Both the position numbers and the translations under genes were made by a program. From NCBI GenBank assembly GCA_000995965.1, contig LBYD01000001.1:76923-140922 (forward strand): DNA of 64,000 nt, in the 5' to 3' direction. This DNA comes from Candidatus Moranbacteria bacterium GW2011_GWC2_40_12 (GTDB taxonomy: Bacteria; Patescibacteriota; Minisyncoccia; Moranbacterales; UBA11712). Below the pieces are notes generated by a model, which was not told the DNA's origin, did no database searches, and saw only the letters and a program-made list of their open reading frames with translations. Shown here in pieces: positions 18,882 through 27,853 of the stretch (its first letter is position 1; each line of letters opens with the position of its first letter).

Positions 18882-19619
18882 ATGCAAAAAAGAATGAGCG
18901 CGACAGCAAAATTATTAGGCATGAAGATTAGCAATCTTTCAGCGGCTGAAATAAACGATTGGATAAAAATTATCCTGAGTAATCCGCCTGAACAGCGATT
19001 CGTGGTTTCGCTCAATCCGGAAATCATTCTGAAGGGGCATTGCGACGAAGGTTATAAAAAAATACTAAGCAGCGCCGATTTGGCGCTTTGCGACGGATTC
19101 GGAGTGAAGTGCGCGGCTTGGCTCAAGGGCGAAAAAATTAAAACAAGGTACACCGGAGTTGATCTGGTCGAACGCTCTCTGAAATTGGCAAAAGAAAACA
19201 ATATCAGCGCGCTGGTTGTTGTTTCGAAAAACAGTCTGAGCAGTCCCGAAGAGATAGAGAAGGGGATAAGAGACAAATATGATTTCGGGGCGCGGGCAAA
19301 ATATTGGGATGACGAAAGGTTTTTTGAATGCGAAGACGCGAAGAAAGCAGAAATAGTTTTTGTGAATTTTGGCGCTCCCCATCAGGAAAAATTCATTTTT
19401 GAAAATAAAAGGAATTTTCCGAAAGCAAAATTTTTGGCGGGAGTGGGAGGGACGTTTGATTTTCTCACAGGAAAAATCAGGCGGGCTCCACAGTGGATGA
19501 GAAAGGCGGGTCTGGAATGGTTTTGGCGAATGCTCCAGGAGCCCAAGAGACTAAAGCGCATTATAAATGCAGTCGTTGTGTTTCCTTGGGTTGTTCTAAT
19601 AAATAAAAAAAATAAATGA
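18882..19619 (+). CDS. WecB/TagA/CpsF family (GT26) N-acetylmannosaminyl-type transferase
   Basis: C-terminal GLEWFWRMLQEPKRLKR signature; 245 aa. Confidence 0.8.
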   Translation: MQKRMSATAKLLGMKISNLSAAEINDWIKIILSNPPEQRFVVSLNPEIILKGHCDEGYKKILSSADLALCDGFGVKCAAWLKGEKIKTRYTGVDLVERSLKLAKENNISALVVVSKNSLSSPEEIEKGIRDKYDFGARAKYWDDERFFECEDAKKAEIVFVNFGAPHQEKFIFENKRNFPKAKFLAGVGGTFDFLTGKIRRAPQWMRKAGLEWFWRMLQEPKRLKRIINAVVVFPWVVLINKKNK

Positions 19620-20137
19620 CGAGACAGAGAATATTTTCATTATCCATTTCCACGTTCCTTTGCATAATTTTGGGTTTTTTTGTGATGAGAGGAGGCGTCG
19701 ATTGGGATGAAAAACTGGCTTATTTTTTGCATACCGCCTTATTTGTATATTTTTTGGCGGTTCTCATCTCTAATCAGCAGTATGAGGAAGATACAATGGC
19801 CAAAATCGAAAGGATTTTCAGCTCGGCGCTCGTTTCTTTCACTTTTTTTTTCCAGATGATATATGCTCCGATGGCCCGATATTTTTTTGGAAATATGATC
19901 CATAAGGCGGCTTTTTTTTCCGACACCCTGGCGCTTTTCCTGTTTCTTTTTTTCGCTTTCATATTTGTTATAGCGGCGGCGGCGGCGAGCAGTTTTTCGA
20001 GCACCGGATTCCTCTCCGGCTGGAAATTTTTCAACAATCCAACAGCCTATTTCGTCCTTCGCAATCTCTGGCTGGCAGCTGTTTTGATGGCGGTTTTCCT
20101 GTATTGGAAAAATCCTTTCCTAATTATAACAGTCTGA
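19616..20137 (+). CDS. Hypothetical integral membrane protein
   Basis: Five hydrophobic helices; no motif recognised. Confidence 0.45.
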   Translation: MTRQRIFSLSISTFLCIILGFFVMRGGVDWDEKLAYFLHTALFVYFLAVLISNQQYEEDTMAKIERIFSSALVSFTFFFQMIYAPMARYFFGNMIHKAAFFSDTLALFLFLFFAFIFVIAAAAASSFSSTGFLSGWKFFNNPTAYFVLRNLWLAAVLMAVFLYWKNPFLIITV

Positions 20138-20144
20138 ATTATAT

Positions 20145-21650
20145 ATGAGTAAAAAACCCCGGGTGCGGTTTGCGCCCAGTCCAACCGGATATTTGCATAT
20201 CGGAGGCCTGCGGACGGCTCTCTATAATTTTCTTTATGCCAAAAAATACAAGGGTGATTATTTTTTGCGGATTGAGGATACGGACCAAAAAAGAATTGTA
20301 TCAGACGCTATCGGAAAATTAATAGAATCGCTTGAATGGGCAAATATAATGCACAGCGAAGGTGTATATTTGGGCGAAGAGGGCGAAATCATCGAGAGAG
20401 GGAAATACGGGCCGTATGTCCAGTCAAGGAGACTCGATATATACCAAAAATACGCCCACGAACTTGTCGAGAAGGGGAAAGCCTATTATTGCTTCTGCAC
20501 TCCCGAGCGGCTTGACACATTGCGGGCCGTCCAAGAAAAAGCGAAACTGGCTCCCGCGTATGATAAATTGTGTCTCAAGGAGCTTTCGATGGAAGACGCA
20601 AAAAAAAGAATCGCGTCCGGGGAGAAATATGTCATCCGCTTCGATGTTCCCGAAACAGGGGAGACCGAATTTCACGACGCGGTGCGCGGGAAAATAAAAT
20701 TCGTGAACAAAAATCTTGACGACTTTGTTATTTTGAAATCGGACGGATATCCGACATACCATCTGGCACACGTCGTGGACGACCATCTTATGAAAACAAC
20801 ACTTGTTTTCAGGGGAGAGGAGTGGCTGCCGAGCACCCCAAAACATATTTTGATGTTCCGGGCTTTTGGATGGGAGGCGCCGGAATACGCACATCTGTGC
20901 GTCATTCTCAACAAAAATACGAAAAAGAAACTGTCAAAGAGGGACGGAGACGCAAGTGTCGAAGACTTTATGAAAAAAGGGTATCTTCCCGAAGCAGTCG
21001 TGAATTTCATCGCGCTTTTGGGATGGAATCCGAAAACGGAGCAGGAAATATTTTCGCTTTCCGATCTCGCAAAAGAATTTGATGTGGCAAAACTGAACCG
21101 GGCTGGAGCGATTTTAGACACGGAAAAACTCGACTGGATGAACGGGATGTATATTCGCCAGAAAAATATCAAGGACTTGGCCCAACTGTGCCGGCCTTAT
21201 CTCGAAATCGTCTCATCGGCGATCCGCCGAAAAGGCGGAAACCAAATATTATCAGATGAATATCTTGAAAAAATCGTTACAGTTGAGAGGGAGAGAATGT
21301 GTAAACTCTCGGACATCGCGGACGGGTCGGAAATATATTTTGAGAGGCCCGAATACAAAAAACAACTGCTGGCCTGGAAAAAAATGCTCGAAAAAGAAAT
21401 TCTGGATTCGCTTCAAAAATCTCTTGAGATAGTGGGGGAGATAGAAGAAAAAAAATGGGAACTGGGGAATTTGAAAAATAAATTGCTGGGAGAAGCGGAT
21501 CCGAAGAACAGGGGAATACTTTTCTGGCCGCTCCGGGTGGCGCTGACCGGAAAAGAAAAAAGCCCGTCACCTTGGGAAGTGGCGTGGGTGATAGGACGCG
21601 GTGAGAGCATGGAGAGGATTCACGCAGCCATAAAGCTGATAAAAAATTAG
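20145..21650 (+). CDS. gltX: Glutamyl-tRNA synthetase
   Basis: PSPTGYLHIGG (HIGH) and KLSKR (KMSKS) motifs. Confidence 0.9.
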   Translation: MSKKPRVRFAPSPTGYLHIGGLRTALYNFLYAKKYKGDYFLRIEDTDQKRIVSDAIGKLIESLEWANIMHSEGVYLGEEGEIIERGKYGPYVQSRRLDIYQKYAHELVEKGKAYYCFCTPERLDTLRAVQEKAKLAPAYDKLCLKELSMEDAKKRIASGEKYVIRFDVPETGETEFHDAVRGKIKFVNKNLDDFVILKSDGYPTYHLAHVVDDHLMKTTLVFRGEEWLPSTPKHILMFRAFGWEAPEYAHLCVILNKNTKKKLSKRDGDASVEDFMKKGYLPEAVVNFIALLGWNPKTEQEIFSLSDLAKEFDVAKLNRAGAILDTEKLDWMNGMYIRQKNIKDLAQLCRPYLEIVSSAIRRKGGNQILSDEYLEKIVTVERERMCKLSDIADGSEIYFERPEYKKQLLAWKKMLEKEILDSLQKSLEIVGEIEEKKWELGNLKNKLLGEADPKNRGILFWPLRVALTGKEKSPSPWEVAWVIGRGESMERIHAAIKLIKN

Positions 21651-21674
21651 ATCCTTACGTTCATATAATTCAAA

Positions 21675-23003
21675 ATGCAAAAATCAAAATTAAAAATAAC
21701 AATTCAAAATGCAAAAATATTTCTTTTTTCTCTGGGATTATTTTTTGCTGTTGGAATGGCCAATAAGATAATTGCCCAAAACACGATAAACAGCACGAAC
21801 AGCGAAAACCAGGAACTTATTGAGGATAAACAGCAACAAATCGAGGATCTCCAAAAAAAGGCTGAGAGCTACCGCCAGATGATTGAAATGAAGCAGAGCA
21901 AGGCTCAGACACTCCAAAATCAGATTACCCTTATGGAGAGCCAAATCGCTAGCCTTTCGGGTGATATAGCTCTGCTTCAGCGGGATATTGACAAAACAGG
22001 CGGTGAAATTGGCAGCCTTTCGCTTCAAATCGAAGGAAAAGAAAAAGATATTGAAAACAAAAAGAAAATACTGGCTGGCGTTATCCAGTCTTATTATGAA
22101 ACAAACCATGATTCCTTGGTGGAATTTTTCCTTCGAAACACCAACCTTTCCGATTTCCTAAGCCAGTCGGACTACGCGGCACAAACAAGCGCGAAAGTTG
22201 ATGAAGTTCTCACCACAGTGATCATAGCGAGGGATGAACTCAGCAGTGACAGGAAGGATCTTCAAAAAAAGAATGACGAGCAAAGGGAAAGGCAAGGCAA
22301 GATAATGGAAAAGAAGCGCAGCCTTGACAATGAGCAAGTTTCAAAGGAAGATCTCTTGAGCCAAACGCAGGGAGAGGAACAGAAATACCAGGATCTTCTG
22401 GTGAGGGTAGAGGAGCAAAAGCAGGAACTTTTGGGAGACATTTCGGAGCTGTCGCAGGAGAGAAGCTCGGAGCTGGCTGCTGTTGAAGCGACTCTTGAAA
22501 AACCGAAATCGGGGCTCGCCTCGACAAGCTGGTATTTTTCGCAGAGAGACTCGCGCTGGGGTGACCAGCACATTGGTTTTTCAAATACGCTTATGAAGAG
22601 CTACGGATGCGCGGTTACGGCAGTGTCGATGGTTTTCCGTTTTCATGGAATAGACATCAATCCAGGCTCTCTTGCCCAGCAGCCAATTTTTTATCATGAC
22701 CTAATTGTTTGGCCGCAATCTTGGAAAGGCGTGAATCTGGTTTCTTCGACCGGGCACGGCAACATAGATTGGGATGTTATCGATAAAGAATTGAAAGATG
22801 AAAACCCGGTCATCGTTTTCGTGAAATCAGCCAAGAGGGGAGCGGGGCATTATGTGGTTATACATGGAAAGGATAAAAAGGGAGAGTACGTTGTGCATGA
22901 TCCTTATTGGGGAAGCAATATTTTCTTGAGTTCGACGAAAGCCTATGTAGGCGCGCTGTACGGAAGCGGGACGGTTGTCGACCAGATGATAATTTATCAT
23001 TAA
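21675..23003 (+). CDS. Secreted coiled-coil protein with C-terminal Peptidase_C39_2-like papain-fold cysteine peptidase domain (PcsB-like architecture)
   Basis: N-terminal signal/TM, roughly 280 aa heptad-rich coiled coil, then C-terminal domain with catalytic-looking Cys (YGCAVTAVSMV) and His (GHYVVIHG). Confidence 0.6.
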   Translation: MQKSKLKITIQNAKIFLFSLGLFFAVGMANKIIAQNTINSTNSENQELIEDKQQQIEDLQKKAESYRQMIEMKQSKAQTLQNQITLMESQIASLSGDIALLQRDIDKTGGEIGSLSLQIEGKEKDIENKKKILAGVIQSYYETNHDSLVEFFLRNTNLSDFLSQSDYAAQTSAKVDEVLTTVIIARDELSSDRKDLQKKNDEQRERQGKIMEKKRSLDNEQVSKEDLLSQTQGEEQKYQDLLVRVEEQKQELLGDISELSQERSSELAAVEATLEKPKSGLASTSWYFSQRDSRWGDQHIGFSNTLMKSYGCAVTAVSMVFRFHGIDINPGSLAQQPIFYHDLIVWPQSWKGVNLVSSTGHGNIDWDVIDKELKDENPVIVFVKSAKRGAGHYVVIHGKDKKGEYVVHDPYWGSNIFLSSTKAYVGALYGSGTVVDQMIIYH

Positions 23004-23036
23004 TTTTATTTATATTAAACATTAACCCCAAATATT

Positions 23037-23312
23037 ATGGCGAATTTTATAGAAAAAATTTTCGGAGGAAAAATGATAGCTGAAGAAGCATCGACAATAA
23101 AGGATTCAACCTTTGATGAATTGTGCAATTCTTTGCCGGAAGATCTAAGAAAGGAGCTGTGCGAGCTGGCAAAGGAAGTAAGCGGAGAAGCAGGACCGCC
23201 GACAAAGTATTTTGAGGGTAACAATGACGATCTATCACCGAAGCAGCGGAGGTTTAATGAGTTACTGTCACAAGCAAAACACGCGCACTCAGAATCAGGC
23301 GAAAGAATGTAA
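23037..23312 (+). CDS. Hypothetical small acidic protein
   Basis: 91-aa ORF with protein-like composition, followed by hairpin 23314..23341 and terminator at 23424. Confidence 0.35.
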   Translation: MANFIEKIFGGKMIAEEASTIKDSTFDELCNSLPEDLRKELCELAKEVSGEAGPPTKYFEGNNDDLSPKQRRFNELLSQAKHAHSESGERM

Positions 23313-23423
23313 GATGTCGCATAAGCTACATTGTGCGACATAGTATACCAATCCCGGCTGCCACTTCCCCGCTGTTTTATTGAAAAAAATACATTTAAGA
23401 ATATAACATTTTTTCTTATAGCA

Positions 23424-23461
23424 AAGCCCCCGATCTTCAAATGCGGGGGCTTATCTTTTTT
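23424..23461 (+). terminator. Rho-independent terminator (AAGCCCCCG...CGGGGGCTT + T-run)
   Basis: aagcccccgatcttcaaatgcgggggcttatctttttt read from sequence. Confidence 0.55.
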
Positions 23462-23483
23462 AAGTCACTATATAAGGAAAAAA

Positions 23484-23927
23484 TCATTTCTTTCTTCTGG
23501 TCCGCCGAAGCTTTCGCGGCGGCAGATTCTTCTTTTCTGTCTGCTTCCCTGATTTGGATATATAATCTTCAATAGCCCGCCTCAAGGCGTCGGCGGCCAG
23601 ATTAGAGCAATGCATTTTTGCCGGCGGCAGGCCAGAAAGGTTGTCGGCGATATCGCCGCGCGTGATTTTGAACGCGTCATTCAAAATCTTTCCCTTGGCT
23701 AATTGTGTCACCATGGACGATGTCGCGATCGCGGCGGCGCATCCCAAGGTCTCGAATTTGATGTCGGAAATGACATCTTTATTTCTTGAACGCTTCACTT
23801 TTATATAAACCGTCATAATATCACCGCAAGCCGGATTTCCGACCATGCCGACACCGTCCGGATTTTTGAGCCGTCCTTGGTTTTTCGGGTTCGTGAAATG
23901 TTTCAAAACCAGTTTTGAATATTGCAT
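23484..23927 (-). CDS. iscU: Fe-S cluster assembly scaffold (NifU/IscU-type) with polybasic C-terminal tail
   Basis: Three conserved Cys motifs: GNPACGD, LGCAAA, HCSNLAADAL; symbol by analogy, could equally be nifU-type. Confidence 0.8.
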   Translation of the reverse strand: MQYSKLVLKHFTNPKNQGRLKNPDGVGMVGNPACGDIMTVYIKVKRSRNKDVISDIKFETLGCAAAIATSSMVTQLAKGKILNDAFKITRGDIADNLSGLPPAKMHCSNLAADALRRAIEDYISKSGKQTEKKNLPPRKLRRTRRKK

Positions 23928-23992
23928 ATGAAAAAAATTTAATTATTAATAGATTTTCCTGGTGCAATTGAAAAGATTCCGACAAGAAAGAA

Positions 23993-25192
23993 TTATTTCC
24001 CCGCTATTTTTCGAAGCCTGGCTATCGCTTCTTTGAAAGAGTTGAAAAAATAATCAATTTCCTGTTTCGTAGTAAATTTGCCGAGTGTAACTCGAAGGCT
24101 GCCGTGGCTTTCTTCCTCGCTGATGCCAATCGCCGTGAGGACATGCGACGGGCGAAGATCACCGGCGGAACATGCGCTTCCAGTGGAAACAGCTATCCCT
24201 TTCATGTCAAGCTCCAGAAGCATTCCCTCTCCCTCAACGTCCTTGACAGTGAGATTTGTGTTGTTTGGAACTCTTTTAATTTTCGATCCGTTGAGTTTCA
24301 CTCCTTGAATCTCTTTTAGTATCCTTGCGATCAGATAATCACGCATCTTTTCGACTATTTTATAATTTCTCTTCCTCTCTTTTTCGGCGATCTCGAGGGC
24401 GGTTCCGAATCCCACAATGCCAGGAACGTTCAATGTTCCCGCCCGAAAGCCAAATTCATGGCTGCCCCCGTCCTGAATGCTAAGAATAGGCGTATTTTTG
24501 CGAATGTAGAGGCATCCAATGCCCTTGGGGCCGTATATCTTGTGGCCCGAGGCCGTGAGGAGGTCAATTCCGAGATTTTGCACATTGCAGTCAAGATAAT
24601 TCACAGCCTGCACGGCGTCAGTATGGAATAAAATTTTTGGAAGATTTTTCCTTTCCCTGGCAGCATTGACTGTCCCAACAAGCTTCCCGATTTCTTTTAT
24701 GGGCTGGATTGTTCCGATTTCATTATTCACATACATCACCGAAACAAGAATTGTGTTGTTCCTTATTTCTTTCAAAACATCCGCTGCCGAAACAATCCCT
24801 TCTTTGGAAACAGGGACATAGGAAACATCGGCCATCCCCCGCTCTTCCAATTTTTTTGAAGCCTCAAGAACGCAGGAATGCTCAAATTGCGTAGTAATGA
24901 TGTGGGGCTTGGTTTTTCTTCCCGAACGCGAGGCGAGGGCAACTCCTTTGATGGCGAAATTATTGCTTTCTGTTGCTCCGGACGTAAAAATTATTTCGCC
25001 GGAATCACACCCAAAAAAATCACCCGCGATTTTCCGCGACTTTTCAACCGCCTCTTTGGCTTCTTTTCCAAAAGAGTGAAGAGACATCGGATTTCCAAAT
25101 TTTTGCGAAAAATACGGTTTCATCGCAGAAAAAACCCGCGGATCAAGCGGAGTGGTCGAAGCGTAGTCAAGATAAACTTTTTTCTTTGTCAT
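23993..25192 (-). CDS. iscS: Cysteine desulfurase (class V aminotransferase, NifS/IscS-type)
   Basis: PLP lysine motif SGHKIYGPKGIG and active-site Cys loop SACSAG. Confidence 0.85.
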   Translation of the reverse strand: MTKKKVYLDYASTTPLDPRVFSAMKPYFSQKFGNPMSLHSFGKEAKEAVEKSRKIAGDFFGCDSGEIIFTSGATESNNFAIKGVALASRSGRKTKPHIITTQFEHSCVLEASKKLEERGMADVSYVPVSKEGIVSAADVLKEIRNNTILVSVMYVNNEIGTIQPIKEIGKLVGTVNAARERKNLPKILFHTDAVQAVNYLDCNVQNLGIDLLTASGHKIYGPKGIGCLYIRKNTPILSIQDGGSHEFGFRAGTLNVPGIVGFGTALEIAEKERKRNYKIVEKMRDYLIARILKEIQGVKLNGSKIKRVPNNTNLTVKDVEGEGMLLELDMKGIAVSTGSACSAGDLRPSHVLTAIGISEEESHGSLRVTLGKFTTKQEIDYFFNSFKEAIARLRKIAGK

Positions 25193-25295
25193 GCAATATT
25201 ATACTATATCTTGTGGCATTTTCTTGCAAGAAAGGCAGCTTTGTTTACGATTTGCGAATTTTGAACTATGATTCAATTGTTCAAACCCGTGAATC

Positions 25296-25311
25296 ATGAA
25301 TAATTATTCAT
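25296..25311. promoter_or_regulatory. Perfect 16-bp palindrome ATGAATAATTATTCAT in divergent iscS / nuclease promoter region (candidate operator)
   Basis: Read directly; a second inverted repeat TTGAAC(N12)GTTCAA lies at 25261..25284. Confidence 0.4.
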
Positions 25312-25322
25312 AATCATTTCTG

Positions 25323-26444
25323 ATGAACACATCTTATTCCGCTCTCGATACGTTTCTTACGTGTCCGCGGAAATACAAATATTCCCAGATTGATCGAATC
25401 AAAACTCCCAAATCAAAAGAGCAGTTTTTCGGAACTTTGCTTCACAGCACTTTGAAGATTGTTCATACCCCGGGAATACTTTCCCCTACTCTTGAGCAGG
25501 CGCTGGATTTTTATTCAAAAAACTGGAACGCGGAAGTTTTTGCGGACGAAACGGAGGAGCGGGCGGCTTTTGCCCAGGGAGTGGCAATGCTTCAAGACTA
25601 TTACAAAAAAAACGACCCGGCGAAAACAAACATCATTGATCTCGAATCCCGCTTTCAGGTTGAAATTGGGGAAAATGCGGAGAAACATATAGTAAGCGGA
25701 ATTATCGATCGAATTGACAAAACCGAAGACGGATATGAAATTATTGACTACAAAACCACCCGAAAGCTTCCGAGCCAGGAAAAAGTGGACAATGACCTTC
25801 AGCTTTCGATATACCTCGCCGGATTCTTGAAGCGTTATCCCAAGGAAAAGGAAAATCTAGACAAGATAAAAGTGAGTCTTTATTACCTCAAGCACGGAGT
25901 GAAACTTTCTTCTCGCAGGACGCTTGATCAAGTGAAACAAAGCGAAGAATTGATGCTCGACCTCATCGATCAGATAAGTCGGTCAAAATTCGAGCCGACA
26001 ATCTCTGGGCTGTGCGACTGGTGCGGATACCAGAACATCTGTCCGATGTGGAAGCATAAGTTCAAAGAAAAAGGACAAAAGGATATTGATACGGCAAAGA
26101 TTATTGAAGAATATATCTCTCTCAAAGACGAAGTGAAATCAAAAACGGACCGAATCGGCGAGCTGCAGGAAATATTATCCGGTTATATGGACCAGGAAAA
26201 CATCGACCAAGTTTTTTCGGACGCCGGGCGAATTTTGCGGACGCTTCGGAAGACGTATAAATACGACAAAGAGAAATTGCGCGCGATATTGGAACCGCTT
26301 GATAAATGGGAAGAAGTTCTCAAAGTTGACGGTGTCTCACTGAGAAATATTCTCGGCGTCCTGCCCTTCGAGACAAAAAATGAAGTTGAAAAAGCCAAAG
26401 TTTTGGATAAAGAATCAAAAAGCTATATTGTCAAAAAAGGGTAG
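25323..26444 (+). CDS. PD-(D/E)XK nuclease, RecB/AddB-nuclease-domain/Cas4-like, with 1+3 cysteine cluster (putative Fe-S)
   Basis: N-terminal Cys (LTCPRKY), nuclease motifs GIIDRID ... EIIDYKTT, QLSIYLAGF (QxxxY), C-terminal CDWCGYQNIC. Confidence 0.7.
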   Translation: MNTSYSALDTFLTCPRKYKYSQIDRIKTPKSKEQFFGTLLHSTLKIVHTPGILSPTLEQALDFYSKNWNAEVFADETEERAAFAQGVAMLQDYYKKNDPAKTNIIDLESRFQVEIGENAEKHIVSGIIDRIDKTEDGYEIIDYKTTRKLPSQEKVDNDLQLSIYLAGFLKRYPKEKENLDKIKVSLYYLKHGVKLSSRRTLDQVKQSEELMLDLIDQISRSKFEPTISGLCDWCGYQNICPMWKHKFKEKGQKDIDTAKIIEEYISLKDEVKSKTDRIGELQEILSGYMDQENIDQVFSDAGRILRTLRKTYKYDKEKLRAILEPLDKWEEVLKVDGVSLRNILGVLPFETKNEVEKAKVLDKESKSYIVKKG

Positions 26445-26466
26445 CCTATGCGGATTGCGAATCTCA

Positions 26467-26985
26467 ATGAATACAGGAATTGATTCCATCTATTTTTTTA
26501 TGAGACGTAAAATAAAAAACTATATAAAACGATTCTTTTTGATTGACGATACGCCGCACAAAGTCGCGGCAGGGGCGGCGATGGGAATTTTTCTTGGAAT
26601 TGTTCCGGGAGAAGGAGTTCTCGCGACGCTTTTTCTTTCTTCTCTTTTTCGCTTCAATCGCTTGGCGGCATTGGCGGGTGTTCTGGCCGTCAATATGTGG
26701 ACTACTTTTTTGGTTTTGCCGCTCGCGGCTGCCGCCGGCGCTCTTATTTTCGAAAAGAATTATGCCGATTTGGTCACTCAATTTCATGGAGCTGGCGCTG
26801 GCTATTCAAAAATGTTTTTCAGCAAAATATTTTTCTTCGATGTTACGCTGCCTATTTTTGCTGGTTTTTTTATTACAGCCGGAATAATCTCATCCGCCAT
26901 TTATTTCATTTTGCTGTTGCTCCTCAATTTCAAAAAGGGAAAAAAGAAGATTCATTTGCTGCACAAGGAAGATTTGGGTGATTGA
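26467..26985 (+). CDS. DUF2062-like small membrane protein
   Basis: Start taken at internal ATG 26467 (MNTGID) to avoid overlap with upstream gene; three TM helices. Confidence 0.5.
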   Translation: MNTGIDSIYFFMRRKIKNYIKRFFLIDDTPHKVAAGAAMGIFLGIVPGEGVLATLFLSSLFRFNRLAALAGVLAVNMWTTFLVLPLAAAAGALIFEKNYADLVTQFHGAGAGYSKMFFSKIFFFDVTLPIFAGFFITAGIISSAIYFILLLLLNFKKGKKKIHLLHKEDLGD

Positions 26986-27005
26986 TGTTTCAATTTGTCA
27001 GAGAA

Positions 27006-27410
27006 CTACTTTACACAGCATTTGGCGGCTTGGTATCCCCTGCCAAGCGCCTCTTCGGCGGAAGAAAAGCAAATTTTGTTTTCCGGTTTTATTTTCGCTG
27101 CCAACTGGCAAGTTGAGAGGTGGTATTTGTTTGAGTTTTTGCTCGCGACGAACGCGCATTTTTGATTTTCCAAATTTGGCTGGTCGGTAGCGGTTTTATA
27201 CTGATTATTTTGCTCGAGATTCTGATTTGCGCCGGTAGTGCTGCTTTCGCCTCTTGGGCATGGCGCGCAGGCAAGCTGGTTCACCTCAACCGGTGTTTTT
27301 TGATTTTTCTGCCCTTTCAGGAATCCTGCTTCGAAAGAAAACAGCGCGATCAAGACAATGGCGACGGCAAGAATGACTTTTTCCCCATACTTTAGCCAAA
27401 AATGCCTCAT
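27006..27410 (-). CDS. Membrane-anchored protein with C-terminal Ada-type zinc-binding-like domain
   Basis: TM helix (KVILAVAIVLIALFSF) then motif NKYHLSTCQLAAKIKPENKICFSSAEEALGRGYQAAKCC resembling Ada N-terminal metal-binding domain. Start chosen at ATG 27410 (MRHFWL) instead of table TTG 27509. Confidence 0.5.
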   Translation of the reverse strand: MRHFWLKYGEKVILAVAIVLIALFSFEAGFLKGQKNQKTPVEVNQLACAPCPRGESSTTGANQNLEQNNQYKTATDQPNLENQKCAFVASKNSNKYHLSTCQLAAKIKPENKICFSSAEEALGRGYQAAKCCVK

Positions 27411-27548
27411 TTTCTGGAGAAAAGACGGTTTCCCCGGGTTTTGGCTTTGGCTTAGGTGTTCAAATGTTGACATTTGCCATATTATAATATAAAATCCAAT
27501 AGTCTTCAAAATATCTCGTATCTTATATTTTATTCGTTATCTAACTTT

Positions 27549-27821
27549 ATGGCACATCGTAAAGCCGGAGGAAGCACTCAATTGGGCCGAGACTCAATTT
27601 CAAAGCGCCTGGGCGTCAAAAAATTCGGCGGAGAAAAAGTCCGGACCGGAAATATCATCATCCGCCAGCGCGGAACAAAATTCCGGGCCGGAAAAAACGT
27701 GAAGCGCGGCTCGGACGATACTCTTTTCGCAATGGCTGACGGCGCCGTCAAATTCACCGCCAAAAAAATCCGAAAATTCACAGGAAAGCTTGAAAGAGTT
27801 CAGTTTGTGAACGTGGAATAA
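27549..27821 (+). CDS. rpmA: 50S ribosomal protein L27
   Basis: [16 protein letters not shown] ... [13 protein letters not shown] ... DDTLFA. Confidence 0.9.
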   Translation: MAHRKAGGSTQLGRDSISKRLGVKKFGGEKVRTGNIIIRQRGTKFRAGKNVKRGSDDTLFAMADGAVKFTAKKIRKFTGKLERVQFVNVE

Positions 27822-27853
27822 TATATTTTCAGAAATATAAAAAAATGGAGGCG

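Noticed and set aside
23015-23440. Minus-strand 141-aa ORF overlapping the small plus-strand ORF and terminator
   Set aside because: Runs through a plus-strand terminator hairpin and has Cys/Ser-rich low-complexity composition typical of non-coding frames.
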